A stretch of DNA of 64,000 nucleotides from Phallusia mammillata (Eukaryota). The notes below the pieces were generated by a model. It searched no databases. It was given only the letters and a program-made list of their open reading frames with translations, and had not been told where the DNA came from. The first letter of the stretch is position 1. Each line of letters opens with the position of its first letter. Shown piece after piece: positions 47,758 through 61,894 of this stretch. The translations under genes and the position numbers were made by a program. Location: assembly GCA_965637545.1 (NCBI GenBank), contig OZ281497.1:3472001-3536000 (forward strand), in the 5' to 3' direction.

Positions 47758-48937
47758 CTCTATAGCAATTAATATCTGATTGTAATTTATTTTGACCTTC
47801 ACATAGCTATTTATTGGTAACCCAAAATAGGTCAGTATGTATAGTGGCAAAGAGAGGCTTTTGACAAGCCAAATAGTCACCCTGTATTTTAGGAGAAAGC
47901 CAAAAGAATCTATTCAGAGGTGGGATTCGAACCAGCGTTGCATTTTTTTCGCGTTTTAAATCATTTCGAAAAGTTTTTAGCCTATATTAACCCAGTATTA
48001 GGTTTACATGTTATTAAATGCAGTTGATTTGTAGTTGAAGGCGTCAGAAGTTAACAGTAGCATCTCTCTGACCTTTTTACAGTCTTTTACTGGTTGAGTT
48101 GTTTGTTGGCATATAGCGGTTAATTTTAATTTAGGGTACAAAGTTTAAAACAGATTTTTTTAATGTCAGTCAACAAGCCAAGTTCAACCATTTGTTACAA
48201 TGTCAATTTCCGCTCACTCTGTTTATAAAACGGATTACGCTATGATAACACAAAAGGTTTATGATGACTTGTTCGCTGTGTTTGTTGTTGTTTCGGTAAC
48301 GTTGTAAAAGAATTTAGGGCCTAAACCCGAAAGTGCGAGCCTAAAATCCGGCCCGAACCCGAAATTTCGTTAAAAAGAAGGTTTAATTATAGATTTCACT
48401 ATATCGTTCAATACGAAGAAACAAATTTAAAGTTTTCCTGTAAGAACACTGGAATTGTTTTGTTAAGGCAATAAATTTTGTTCAAAAATGAGATAAAAAA
48501 CATGCCCAATGCATTTTTCTTACAAGTTTTGCCGTGATACAGTACAGTAGTAAAAGCGATAGCATCAAGTCGTATAACCGTCTTCTGTAATTACAATGTT
48601 TTTGATCATACGAAACTCCTTGAAGTCGCCAAGAGTCACGGCGGGGACATGGGAATCTCATGGCGCCACGAACAGACGTAACAAATACACAAACGCTGAC
48701 GACGTTATTACTACTGGGGCAGAGAGTTATAATGCAGAGGATCGACGATATTGCACCGCGTATTATTAGATCACAACACTCGAAGGTCCCGAGCTTAGGT
48801 TGTCCATTAAATGTTTTACAAGTGGCCTCGAATTTAAGCTAAACGTGGTTTTGTTAATCGCCATACAGTGCCGAATTTAGTTGCAAGTAATCCACGTTTG
48901 AGATTAGGCAAACAAATTAGCTGCCAAAAAAATAAGG

Positions 48938-49167
48938 CGGTGATTCCCATCAGGGGAGACATCCCTCTCAAGGGAGGAATTTTAAAACTTTAGGGAGGGA
49001 ATTTTCTGTAATTTTTACTTGTGGTTTGTAAATAAACACGGGAAATATAACCTGTGCGGTTGATAAAAGCCCCCGGCGTAGCATTGACTCTGTAGTCTAT
49101 TGGGGAGAAACAAAAAAGTTTTTATTAGTTAAGGGAGAAATTCGTCGATCAAGGTTGGGAACCATTG
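48938..49167. mobile_element. Older, degenerate hAT/Buster MITE
   Basis: Left end CGGTGATTCCCATC, right end GGTTGGGAACCATTG; flanks AAATAAGG / GAATAATG (6/8 match, central TA). Confidence 0.5.
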
Positions 49168-50912
49168 GAATAATGGGATATAAATGTTTTAAGTTTTTAT
49201 GTCAACAGTGTTTGAAATTAGGTAAAATTCAAATAACTAAGTAACCAATTTATCTTGTTAAGTAATAAAAACCTGAGGTAAAAACATGATGTCGAAAAAT
49301 CCTTATCGCATTGAGCCATCATAATAAAACCACCCAAAACCGTGATCGCGATAAAAAAATACAAAAACAAATCCATTACGAGAAAAGTTTTGGTCCAGAT
49401 TTCCCAAAATCCGACAATAACAACTTTTCAACTCCGACAAAAAATTGCGACACCAGCCAACCAATAACAAACCCGTTATCAGAATTCGTTTTGTCAGGCT
49501 ACCTGTAACCTAAAAAACCACCAAATTTTCGCACAAAAAGGCGACATAATCGCTTATGAATCGTTTTCGTGCGCTTGGTGAAACATACCAAAAGTCAACA
49601 AGATTTTGCACGTCGAGAGCGCGATCAAATATTCCCCATTATTCGATCCCATTGTTCGTCGTCAGTGCATTGTTAGGTCGATGTGCTGGTCCAGCAAAGT
49701 TAAATGCGATGAAGAGTCCTCGAAACGCCAAAAGTTCCTGTACTCTCAGAAACAGCGGCGAAGGGCTGGTGCAGGATGTTAGAACTTGATCTGAGCGTTT
49801 GAGAATCGCAAATGACAGTACAAAAAATGGGTTTTCGATGGAGAAACTTTAAGCATACAGTTACAGTGGCGAATTGCATTCGTTAAGTTTGTTGTGCAGT
49901 GGTGAGCAAGTTGTAGAAATTGGCCGACTATTTCGAAATATGTTTAAATTGACAAATATTGAAAATAAAATGCAAAGCAAAATTCGCGTCGATTGGCAAG
50001 TTTATGGTTGCGATTTCGAAGGCCAGTTGCAAGTAGCAACAATAAAAAATAGCAGTTTAATTGAGAAATTTTACACATAATCAAAACGAAATCCAGCAAT
50101 ATCTAATGCCGTTTTTTTTCTATGCAAGCATTGTTATAATGCGAATGTAGCCCCGAATTATATGCCATGACGTAATTGAGGTATTTGCGTTTGAAATACG
50201 AATAAGCTTTCAAAACAAAATAATAACCTTGGTATGAATAAGAGAACCGAGATACCGCAAGCTAAAGCAAATAATCTAAGTTGCACAAAGAGCAAAGGCC
50301 AAGAAAACCACAGGGACTTTGTATTTGTATAACGCGTTCGGGGCTCTATTTAAACTAAAAGGTGCGTTCTGCGTCTGCAAATTGCGAGTTTGATTACACT
50401 TGCTGGAAATGGATTAAGGTCAGTGGAACGACGTTTTTCCACGTTTGTTTTATTGTATTTGTCTCACAGTTGATAAAAGTAATAGGATGTTAGTTGTTTT
50501 GGGGTCAAAAATCAATGTAGTGTTAGCTTTAGTTTAGGTTGTTTAAAGATAGTGAGTGAAATTTTACTGTCCAATACAATGTTCTCTATGTATTGGCATA
50601 CAAGTCACAGGTTAAGCGTAAGAGTTTTAAACAAGGCCACATAATAGAAATTACGAGAAGGCTTTTCATGTAGCAAAGAAAATTGTAGTGCTAGTTCATG
50701 TTAAGGGCTTCCACATACACATATAGTACAAATCCCACAAGTGAGAGGTTCGTGTGCGGTTGTTATTACATTGAACCGCCTAAGTGGGCTCTTCAGTGTT
50801 GGTGTTTTTGCCTCTTAACGTACACGAATGTAGGTTTTTCGGTTGAATATCACATTCGGTTTAACAGCTTGAACAAGTACAATCAAAGTCAGGCAGCGAT
50901 TTTCGTGTGGCC

Positions 50913-51121
50913 CAGTGGTTCCCAAACTTTATCGTCGAATTCCCCACTTAACAATGCAAAACATTTTCATTCCTCCCTAATAGACTACACTAAACCATAC
51001 ATAGATCATTTAAAATTAGGTCTTTTATCAACTAGACATGTTACATTCCCAGGACTAAAGTGCCCATTTACAAACCACATGTACAAATTAAAGAAAATTC
51101 CTTTCCGGTTTGGAACTACTG
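50913..51121. mobile_element. Degenerate hAT MITE
   Basis: CAGTGGTTCCCAAACT ... GGTTTGGAACTACTG; no matching TSD. Confidence 0.5.
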
Positions 51122-54100
51122 GGGTAGCAGATTGGTGCATTAATAGCTGGTTTACTCACACTACTGTTAGACCACCAACATTATCTGGTATTAATGATTG
51201 TCGCAATCTAATTCTATGACCCCGGCTAGCGTATCCCTAATCAATGTTGTAATCATCTTCTAGTGATACAAACCGCGTTTTTAATGTCGCACGGGAGTTG
51301 GCAATGCGAATTAAATTGCCGTTACTACGAAACACATACAAGATTGGGTGATTATGTTACAGTCTTTTCAGACTTGGGTCCTATCTCTGGCCTGTATGCG
51401 TGTTTTGTTGGGCTTAAATAACCTCCAAAGGGCATGTGATATTTGTTTAGACGTTCCGGTGACTTAAATTGAGTTTAAATGAAATAGATCTTGGTCCGGA
51501 TGGTCTGACGGCCGCGCATAACGTTGCCAGTTAATTAAAGTCAGTCAGTGTCAATTATTAAAAGTGAAAAGCAGCAACCAGTGAAAGTAAGAGATTGAAT
51601 CAACGCAGTTTTCAGTAGAATCTAGTTTAAAAAGGTTGTTTGTTATTAACGTTTAATAATCATTTTCTTTGGTTATGGTACGAATTAGGACAACAGATAC
51701 TAAAAATAGATTAGGACTCATTGCTTTTCTTGTTTTGAATATAAAAAAAAAACTGTGTTGAATGTTTAGACAGAAGTAAAACAACGTTCTTTGTGAGTGA
51801 CACAATAAAAAGCAAACAGTCGACAAATGTGAAACATCCCCTAATTGATCTCATAATGACTGATCTAATACACATTAAATGAGATGCCTCATCTCATTTC
51901 AGAGTAAAACTATCCAGGTGTTTGTTTGAAATTACGCGGAAAAGGTCATTAGTATTTTTTAAACTCATTACTAAATAGCCAAAATCTTCACCAGTGATGT
52001 AGAGTCCCAAAATTTTGCCTCAAACGCAGAGTCGTCTGTTTGTTTTGCGGAAACGGAAACAGACAAATTACGTAAACGACGCTAGTGAGCAATTCATTAA
52101 CGTAACCGATAGTGGCACTGGAGTTTCTCCCGTGTTCAAGACCGTGGAACAACATCCCATTGGGTGATCATTATGTTCCATTGTTTTGCGTGGGGTAAAT
52201 ACCAAGGTTGAACTTGTAGTGTTGCGCATAAACTTTAAACTGTTCTACGTCTATTGGAAATACTATTGATTTGTGCACCAACGTCGTAAGTGGTTTAACC
52301 CTGAACTGAGCAGGCCATAATGACTCTCGTTTAGCGTGTTTGTTACTTGTTTTTACCTGTGTTGAAAGTGTTGTGACTGGTGTATGCAAGTTTTGAAAAA
52401 TAAGATATATATAGGTGCGCGGTTAAGTGGTTTGCTTTTTTAGAAGTGCGTATATTGAAATTTGTCGTTACCACAAGATAATATGTTGTGCAGAACACAG
52501 TCTTTGGCCTAACACTGCAGTAGTCCAGTCTTAATATGCAGAACAGCAAAAATTAAAAAAAAACAGCAGTAAAAACAAACTATGTTCGTATAGTAGCCAC
52601 CTTTTATCTACCTATATTTTGTTGGATAAAAATCAAGAAGTTAACTTTAAGCCCACAAATTTGTAAACTTGAGGTTTTCTGTGACATTTCTTAACTTATG
52701 CTGCCCTTTCGATTTGCCAGTGCGGCCCAAACTGCTGTTGTTCTGGTAACAAAATCCAGCATAGCTAATAAAAGTCGACGCAGGCAGCAAATTGTCGAGA
52801 TTGACAGGCCCAGTCAACTCATATTCGCAGAAAGGTAAGCGAAATTGACAGGGTTGAATGCTGACTTTGCATAACAGGAAGACTTTTGTCCTAATCTTTT
52901 AACCCCGGGTCAAACTAACACAAATTCGCTCAATAAACTTGCAAAATCGATATTCAATTTGGTACTTTTGTGTACAACTAAATACCAAATTAGGAATAAC
53001 ATAGAGCTTTTCTTGGTAATTTTTTTTAGTTGTCCCCAAAAGTTGTTTAAACTACAAAAGGAGTGTAATTTATTGAAACTAGAGCCTTTAAAAAATTAAA
53101 TAAGAAGACTTTTAAACCCATGTGAAGAAGTTGTAACAAAAAAGCCTAATCAAGTACAGCTATGAACCCACAAACAGGCGCGTTTCACGCACATGACAAT
53201 TTCGTATTCTCTTCAAACAAAAACACAAACAAATGTAGGAATCAAAGCCACAAAAACAAAAAAACTTTCCGTTATCAAACAATTCTAATCTGGGTCTTAA
53301 CGTTCTGCGGTTCACATTTAACAAGTCTAAGCGAAATCCTATTGGTTTCGATCTACATTTTCAAGCAGATAACTGCTTGCAACCCAAAACATTCACATGT
53401 ACAACCTATTGTAGAAGTCACGAAGCTCGTACCCGTTTTTTAATGAATATATCAGTATCAAAAGTAGCGTTTTTAGAAGTCTTTTGATTGTAGTAGAAAA
53501 TATGAAGTAAGCAAATGAGTTGTATTGCCAACATTTCCAGGGTATTAAAAAATCAATTTTACCTAACAGATATTATTTTAAAAGGTTCCAGGCAATTTTA
53601 GGCTGCGTCCTATTTCGCGTTCACTTGCTTCCCCTTTAGAAGAACAAAATAACGTGAGTTCCACGTAAAACCACCAATGAAAAGGGGTGAACGCATTATT
53701 TATTTGAAGGCGCGTTTTGTTTACTAAAAACAACCCTTCGAAAATCTGTTTTATTCTGTTTGTTCCTAACCCGTAACCAAGGGTCCTCAAAGCAAAAAAT
53801 CGGCGTCTTTTATCTAAGGGAGCTTTGAATTAAGCCAGATCCAAAAGGGTCAGATCTGACAGCCTTAGTTTGGGTTGCAGAAAAATCAAAACAGACCACA
53901 AATGTCATTTGCAAGGCTTATTAGCAACGAAGTCCGCGGGTCACAAAACCGTAGGCAAAATGCGACATTTAGTAGATTCAGGCTCCAGACCAAGAAAGCG
54001 GTTACATCAAGCCGCGAGATATTTGCTCACATTTATATGTGCTGCAAGAAACCGCAAATGCGGGTAGTTTAAAAAATAGGGTGTGTTTCTTTGTTACAAA

Positions 54101-57100
54101 TTGTCTTAAACCGCCAAGATACATCAAGCACCAGATTCTGCACAATAGGATGTGGGTATACTGGCGAACGGTGGCACTGGTTGCACACAACCCCGTTAAA
54201 ATAAGGACAAAAAAATTCACATTTTCTTTTGAAAACATAAGCTTTTTTGATCTTGCAATATTGCTATGTCAATTCTATTCTATCGGCAATTTCAGTTGAC
54301 ATTCTGATTTAATACAAAGTCATTAAAAGTATAAAAGCCCATTTCGCTCTTAAACATTTAAACCATTGGTTTTTAACATTTTTGGAGTACTTAAAGTCAG
54401 TAAGTTCGATTTTCCCTCTAGTTATATTTATGATGATGTTTTGTGCCTCACATTATGAATGAAGTCTTTATTCGATTAAAAATAGTTAACCTTGTGACTA
54501 AATAATCGGATTTATGACTTTATATATTAAACTAAAACACGACACCAATTTAGATACTTACACAATTTTCCCTCTGTATGTACATAATTTCCCGTTTGTG
54601 GTAAATTTCGTTAAGAAACAGGTTAAGAATCACTGATTTAAACCCTATATGACAACATGAAATTAAATAACAACAACAAATGTCAGCGATAGTTACGTTG
54701 ACTACGTTTCGTCAAACCACGCTAAGCGAAAACAAAACTGGCTATAGAATGTGTTTTAAAACAATTTAAAATTTAAACCAAAACATCATTCTAGATTGCA
54801 ACATACACGTGTAAAGTCGTTAGCGCGTTTTTAGTTAATGACGTCACCAAATCAAATCCTACGTCACAAAACCTCTTCACATACGCCTATAGGGCGGGAA
54901 ACATGGGAACGTATACATGTATATGCTCCAACGTAAGGTCCCGTGGCTAACAAAAGGTTTGAACTGAAATCCAATACAATACGACGCAATATGATATCTG
55001 TATGCTGTGAACAACATGAAATGTACACTTTGTCTACTGTAGAAAGCTGTTTGCCATTCCGACTTCTTGGAGATTGTAAACAAGAAAACGCACAAACGCA
55101 GCAAAGCTTTTTTGCACAGTGGTGTGTAATGTAGCGTATAGTTAGAGCTTGAGAATATCGCTTTTAACAGTAAGTACTAACCAAAACATGCGCAGAACAG
55201 TAAGCATAAGATCCACAATGCAGTTTAAACCAGGTTGCTCGATCATAGATTTTAAAAAAGTTTTTTTTTAGGGGGAGGATGTTTTGTTAGCTGTCAGATT
55301 CATGTTTTTGGGCCAGCCATGAACAAAAACAACCGTGTCTTATTGATTTATTAAAGTTTAAAGCGGATTAAAAAAGCAGCAGAAAATTTCGACCTATTTA
55401 AACCAATTATTCTATTTAAACTCGTACGAATGTATTAGGCGAGATTAGGGTTTTAAGCAACAACACAAAAATACATTGGCCAAATCAGTTTTTAGTAGTT
55501 TGTTTTTAGAAAAGTTTTAGTTCGTAATGTGTTCAACCTTTTTATAACATTCATTGTAGTGTGACATTGCCTTCTTCATGACGAAATGTCGATGCTTTTA
55601 CAGGTTCAAAAATATGTAGAGAGACATGAAGGGGAAAAAGGCTACGCTCTTCACTAAAGTCAATATTAGCTTCAGGTCTCTTAAATCGCCCGTTGTAATT
55701 AGATTTACTGTTAGTTGGTGAGGTTGGCTTGGCAACTGTGTTACATTGGATTATAAGTTGTTTTGCGTGAAAGACAGTGATAAGTCGTGCCACTAAAACA
55801 GATGACAACTTCGCGTTTAGTCAATCCAATGTCTGGGCGGTTGTTTGTGTAGCCGATGGGTGCGTGCTAAAAACTGGGCCGGCTTTTGACATTAGGTTGG
55901 CGGCGGATAAATGAAAGTTTTCTCAATGTCGGAGTCCCTCTATTGTTGCTGCTCTATTTGCTGTTTGGCCTAGCACGACCGTAAAAATGTTGTGTATTCA
56001 GTAAAATACGTCGTTTAATGTTTGTGGACAGTTTGTTGTGGTAAGTTTTTAAAGTACAAATCCTAGTTGTTAAAGTTCGGGACTTCTGATCTTTTTGACA
56101 TAAGGTCTATATTCAGCATGTCGTTTCGAATCTACAACAGTGCGGCATTCGGAACGATGATAATAATGTTTAAAAAGCGCACCATGGCTGGATATCGAGT
56201 GCCTTGCACGCGTTGTTATTTATCGATGACAAATATACGTACTATACTATGCTCAAAGGGGACTTTTTCACAATACTATCTAATACTAATTTTACTTTTT
56301 ACAATACTATTTTTACTAAAGTAGTAGGCTATATAGATTTTGTTTGCTCTTTTATAATAAAATAAAATTGCGAATGAAACAAATTTCTTTTTATTTAACT
56401 TTGATATGCGAAACAATAAAAAAATCTGCTATACAGAAAAGCAATGAAAACATTAAACAAATTGATTTTTTGAGTCGCTATTGCAAAACAACAAGTAATT
56501 TCGTAAAGTTCCAAATAAGGGAAGTGCTTTGTTTAAAAAATTGATCAATTTATTCATACTCTGAAAGAGTAATTTATCAGTAAATTTTTCCACTAAAATA
56601 CTTTATCAGTGATATTGATTGATCACCTGTCCGCTTAATTACCGCAATACTACCTGCAAACAATACTTCAAAACCAATAATCTTGACTGATGTTTTTGGA
56701 CGTAAATGGAAAAAGGTGACATGAATTGATAGGTTTTACTTTGTGGGTGTAATATTTCGACGAACCGCGGCTTGCGTGAATGCCTTTAGCCATGCTAGCT
56801 TATCAGTTATTTTCTAAGCATTTCTGTTATGTGGGATCAAAACATTCTGTACGATTTGATTCAACGGAACAACTGTTAGAGTGGCGTAGATGCAATCACT
56901 ACCACTAACATTTCACCATTAACCGAAGCAGTTTAAAGAAAGTTAAAAAGATGATATTTTTGTTTCGTCTAAAGTTGCAAAGTCTCCACGTATTTATTAT
57001 TTTACATAAAAAAGCGGTAAAAAATGTTTTTACATGATATTTCCGTCGACGACAAAATTTTAAAAAGCGACATGGTTCTTACAAGATGTGAATAAATATT

Positions 57101-58363
57101 TAATGACAAACAATTATATTTAGTTCCGTTAGGATAAAGTAATCCTTTCAAACCTCGCACCGAAGATACAATTTCAAAATTTAAAATACCGAAAACCGTG
57201 TATCAAATTTTCAACGCCTAAATGTTCCTAACTTACAGCTTATACTATAAACCAAATAGTTCTAAACGCCAAGCTGTACAACCTGCGCAGTTTGCATTAA
57301 CACCAATGCGTAGTTTAAAGTAGTTATGTTAAACCCCAATGCACAGATGTAACAAGCTATTGCAAAGGGGTATATCAGATTCCTAATTCCAATTTGACCG
57401 CACAGGCTGGTGTTACGTCAGAGCAAACCGGTCAATTGGCACCTTGATTCTGAATAGAGCCGTAAATACCAGCGCAATGGTTGATACCAAAACACCATGA
57501 AAACCATAATACCCTGGCGCTATGTTGAAAGACGGCGGTTCGCAAAAACCTTACCCTGCTGAGTGTTGTAAATACGATTGAAAGGCAACTTTAAATACAT
57601 AAGTTATCGACAAACAAGCGACTGTGCATATCGCTTGAGTTACAGAAAATGAGCTACGAAAGGTAGAAAACCTTGCTGGTTTTGGGATTCTGTATTTAGT
57701 AATACGTTTAGGCGCCAGTGGTTGGCTTTTTAAAAAAAAACACACACACACACAAACTAACTGTCAAAATCCGACGTTTATGTGTTTTGCATGGGCTTGC
57801 TTATGCATCATCTCAAGGTTTCACCATAACACACTTTCTCTTTATGAAATACTAAGACCCAAATATAGTCAACTAAAAATGTACATGAAGTCGCCAGTTA
57901 CATGCTAATAGCAGTCAACCAATTTATTACTGGGTTTTTCAAATTACTCGTGGCGTATTTACAAAACAATTGTCAATGAGCCGAATAACACACACGTGAC
58001 ATTCTGAATGCATGTAAATGGCAAATGCATTTGTACGATAGTTAACCGCCGAAGTTCCGTAGCGCTCGAGGTGGCTGTAACGTACCTCGATTGTTGACTT
58101 TCATTTGCCAGCAATGGTCACGCCTTGCATACAAGCGCTGCGGTTCATAGACAATGTGTGGGTTTGATGTTACGGGTATGGCCTGCTTGAGGTACGAGAA
58201 CGCAAAGGTGTCGGTAATAGGAGTGAACGTGGAAATCGCAACTGCTAATGTATTATTAGGTGTGATTTTTGGCACGACCAACGCATGTGTCCGCGTAAAC
58301 AGTAGGTTCGCTGTATTTCAGGCATGGATAAACATATAAAAGTAACACAGTTAACGTTTGAAG

Positions 58364-58499
58364 CAGTGGTTTCAAAATATTTTGTAGTTACATACTGCTT
58401 ATAATATTGACTCTCGTTTAACATGTTTGCACTTACTGACACTCAGTACCATCTCAAGGAACCCTTGGGGCTCCGCGAACCCCAAGCAGGGAACTACTG
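58364..58499. mobile_element. Degenerate hAT MITE
   Basis: CAGTGGTTTC ... GGGAACTACTG; flanks TTTGAAG / TTTAAAG nearly duplicated. Confidence 0.5.
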
Positions 58500-59604
58500 T
58501 TTAAAGTGCAAGTTTATAGGACACAGGATTTTTAACGTGTCAAATTTCCCCGTTAGGGTGAACACGACATGCTTCGTTAACCAAACGTTTCAACAGAACC
58601 CCTTGTCATTTTACTCTCACCTCAAGGAGTATAAACAACCCCATGCTTCTGCTAAGCGAACGTGATATAATCAGTATCTAAGGAAATATACGCGTTGTAT
58701 AGTTCAGAAGACATCAGAGTAGGCTTAGTTGACCGAAAGGTACATTTGATTTGGAGAAACAACAAAGTTAAATGCAATATGCAGTGTACTGTTTGCACCA
58801 ATTTTGCAAGCACGACCTTTCAGGTAGTGTGAATTTGCATCAAGTATGCCAGAGTTGATCCACAACAAAGCTCATTTCTACTTAACTCGTGCGGGGAGTA
58901 ATCCTGGAACTATGAACCTAATTAGAATTCCCACAAGGTTAAGGCGACGACGAGCTAACAGCCGAGTCTGCAGACTATGACGCATACCAAAGGGTATGGG
59001 AATTTTATCTGTTTATCGGTTGGTTAGCAAGGTGTTTTGATCTTTGCCTGCAAGCTGGTGAGTTAGTAGCATTGGAGGCTCAGCTCTAAGCAACTTTATA
59101 TTTCAAAGAATAATGGCAACAGCTGGTGAAAGAATGCAGATGGTGGAATTTGTGAAGAGCACCGGTAAAAACAACTTGCTGGTTTGGATTAAGGAATGTT
59201 AAGCTTTTTGGTATTAGCATAATTTGGGGGTCACAGTTCAGCCTACGAAATGAGAAAGTCGATCCTATACCAACTTGACAACACAAGTGCATTAACAAGC
59301 TTAGCAACAGATTGTTACAAAGTTAAAGAATTGTAAACTTTAACAGCGATTTGCTAAAAAACTTGCAAAAAGGTTACGTACGATTGGGTGTTGTGAATTA
59401 CAATCGATTTAGGAAGCGCATTTCACCCGGTGGAGGTGTTATGAAAACGTCTCAGACAAGTTGTTTGTTTTGGTATCATTGGAGGGCAAAAGAACAGTTC
59501 CATATATGCGCATAGTAAAAGATTTTGTTTATTTCATGTACTTGGCAACTTTGCCTGATAAGTTTGGAGTTGTAATGTCGTTCAAGTTCACGCGCAAAAA
59601 CATA

Positions 59605-59675
59605 GGCGAGACCGGATTTGAACCACCAACAGCGAGACCACAACGCGGTCTTGCTGTATAATCTTGACATGCGCC
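59605..59675 (-). other. tRNA-like / SINE-head-like sequence, not a canonical tRNA
   Basis: 71 nt, GGCG...CGCC ends, B-box-like GGTTCAAATCC and a long internal hairpin with a 7-nt loop; no D-arm and a broken acceptor stem. Confidence 0.3.
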
Positions 59676-61894
59676 TCTGTATCGTTCCAAAAACATCGCC
59701 TTTTTTGGACGTGTTGGTTGTGTGCGGTAATACACAACACTTGAATAATAATCACACGGGTTCCTAGCCACAACCGAAATTGCCTACAACCAACAGCCCT
59801 TGCAAACCTCACAGCTCGTAGCTCCCCCGGCGGTCAATTCCGGTTTGTTTAACCCAGGGATTAAAAGCTTAAGCCGCCGCGATGGCGACAATGTTGTATA
59901 ACTGTCGCGAGTTGATGTATGTGCCTTGATCTCCGAAACGCAGAGCATGGATATAAGCTAGGCAACGCAATTTGAAGTCAAAGAGAGCACGGCTTCAATG
60001 TAGTATAGATTCGTGTATAGCGCAAAGGGAAGTGAGATGTATTGTAAGCTAGAAAACAACTAACAAAATAGTTTTCAGCTAGAATAAGTTTAAAAACATA
60101 CCCAGCTGTAAAGAATCATAAGCGGTGTGGCACTGTGTTGATTGATTGTGTTGCATAACATTGATCCCTAATTCGTGCTACGTTTAACAAACATGGTATT
60201 CTAACATGTAAAGCAGGAATGCGTGAAGGTTTAACAGAAGCAACGACATTATTGAGGCAGACAGACTGAAAACAATACCTTCTACGAATTCAATGTCACT
60301 GTTGTTGTCGAACATACAACCCTTAAGTCAACAGTAGTCACAGTCGGATAGGCAAATAAACAATATGATTGTTCGCCCAAATGTCAGGCACAACAAAAAA
60401 TATTACCATAGAATTTCGAATTGTACACTGTACATACATTTTCTCAGTTAACAGAGTAACTATAAATGTCTTGTCGGTAATTCATACTGAAAGTGTCATC
60501 AAATAAGTATATGCAGTTAAAGGTTTGCGATCAAGGGTATTTTAAAGACCTTTATAAGTGTGTTAAGCAGAGTTTGGTTATTTTTTTATTGACAGACGAA
60601 ACAATGACTTGCCGTTGCCCATTTGATAGGCGACGTAGCCTCAAAACCGATCGTTAGACCACCGCGTCACACTGGTAATTTCTTAATTGAACAGCCAAAG
60701 GAAAGGCACACGGCGAATGAGGCTCGCCAAAGCAGAAGGCCAGAGCTTTCTATCACAACACGGCATTAGAGTAACAATAGACGTCAATGAAAACAACCCC
60801 TTGAAAGCTGTTCGGTGTAGTGGCGTAAGCTTTGCCAGGTTGAACAAGAAGCTCAGGCTAAAAAAGGTTGCAGCGTTCTGCACCTGGAATAATAACTTTG
60901 TCACGATAAGCCGTGGAACAAATGTAAAGCACGTGTAGTCAAAAACAGTGCTACGTCAACGATACGTCACAATGAGAATGTGAGGACACACGTTGTCGAA
61001 AAAATATGTTTTAAACTAAAAAGGTTGAAAACATGTTTTTGAGACTTAGTTTTTGTGTTGAAAACTTGAGAGCTATGTTTAGAAGTCATAGTTTTAGCTT
61101 TTCTGCATTCCTACATTTGGAATCATCTGATCTCTAGTATATTGCCTGTTCGGCTATCGAGTAAAACAGTAGTACAATGTACAAGTGAGACACGAGTGAT
61201 GGTATCGATTGATAAAGTCGGCAGCTACTAATGTGGCGTTCAGAAACCACAGTTAGCACAACAGCCATCAGATACAAGTGGGTGTGCTTTGTTGCTACAA
61301 ACGCCACATATTTGTAACTATCAATAGAGTTACCAAATTTTAATTTGGTGTTGATCAGAAGCCAATGTCATACTTCAAATGCCAAGAGGTCGAAAATTTA
61401 AAGGGTTTTCAGACTAGGATACTTTTGTAATTTTTTGTGTTGAGTTAGTTGTGTGAAATATTCGGTCTCCCAACGTTATTAAACTCAATCGACAACGCAG
61501 ATTTAGTGATAACCATCGGTAATGGAGATTTTGCATGTGGACTCTACCAGGAATTGATTATTCTTAAATTTACGTGTGAATAATCAAACATTTTCTATTT
61601 CTACAGTGGTTTAGATACACACACACAAACCTATGTTGGTTTGTCGGCGCCTTTGCAGCGCATTGATAAAAAAATGCCCGTGTAACTTAACACGAATCCA
61701 ATACACCACTTGCTGCTGATTCAACAGCCGTCGTAGCCTTATCTCCGCAGCGGTAGGCAGAGCACTTGTCGATCTCTTAACAGACCCTTGCCTGTCACCG
61801 TACTGTCACTACCTCAAGGAGCCAGACTGCTTCAAGAACCGCTTATCCTCAACTTGACTCTATTGCTACTTAAGCTAGTATAAGATTGTAAGAA

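Noticed and set aside
49700-49735. Hammerhead-like GCGATGA-A-GAGTCCTC-GAAACGCC
   Set aside because: Two core changes, a 2-nt loop II and no stem I or III.
59822-59845. CGGTCAATTCC resembling an rRNA conserved block
   Set aside because: The match is only about 10 nt and the flanks are not rRNA-like.
60687-60938. 83-aa basic ORF upstream of the GPCR
   Set aside because: No recognisable motif or splice context; a length like this is expected by chance.
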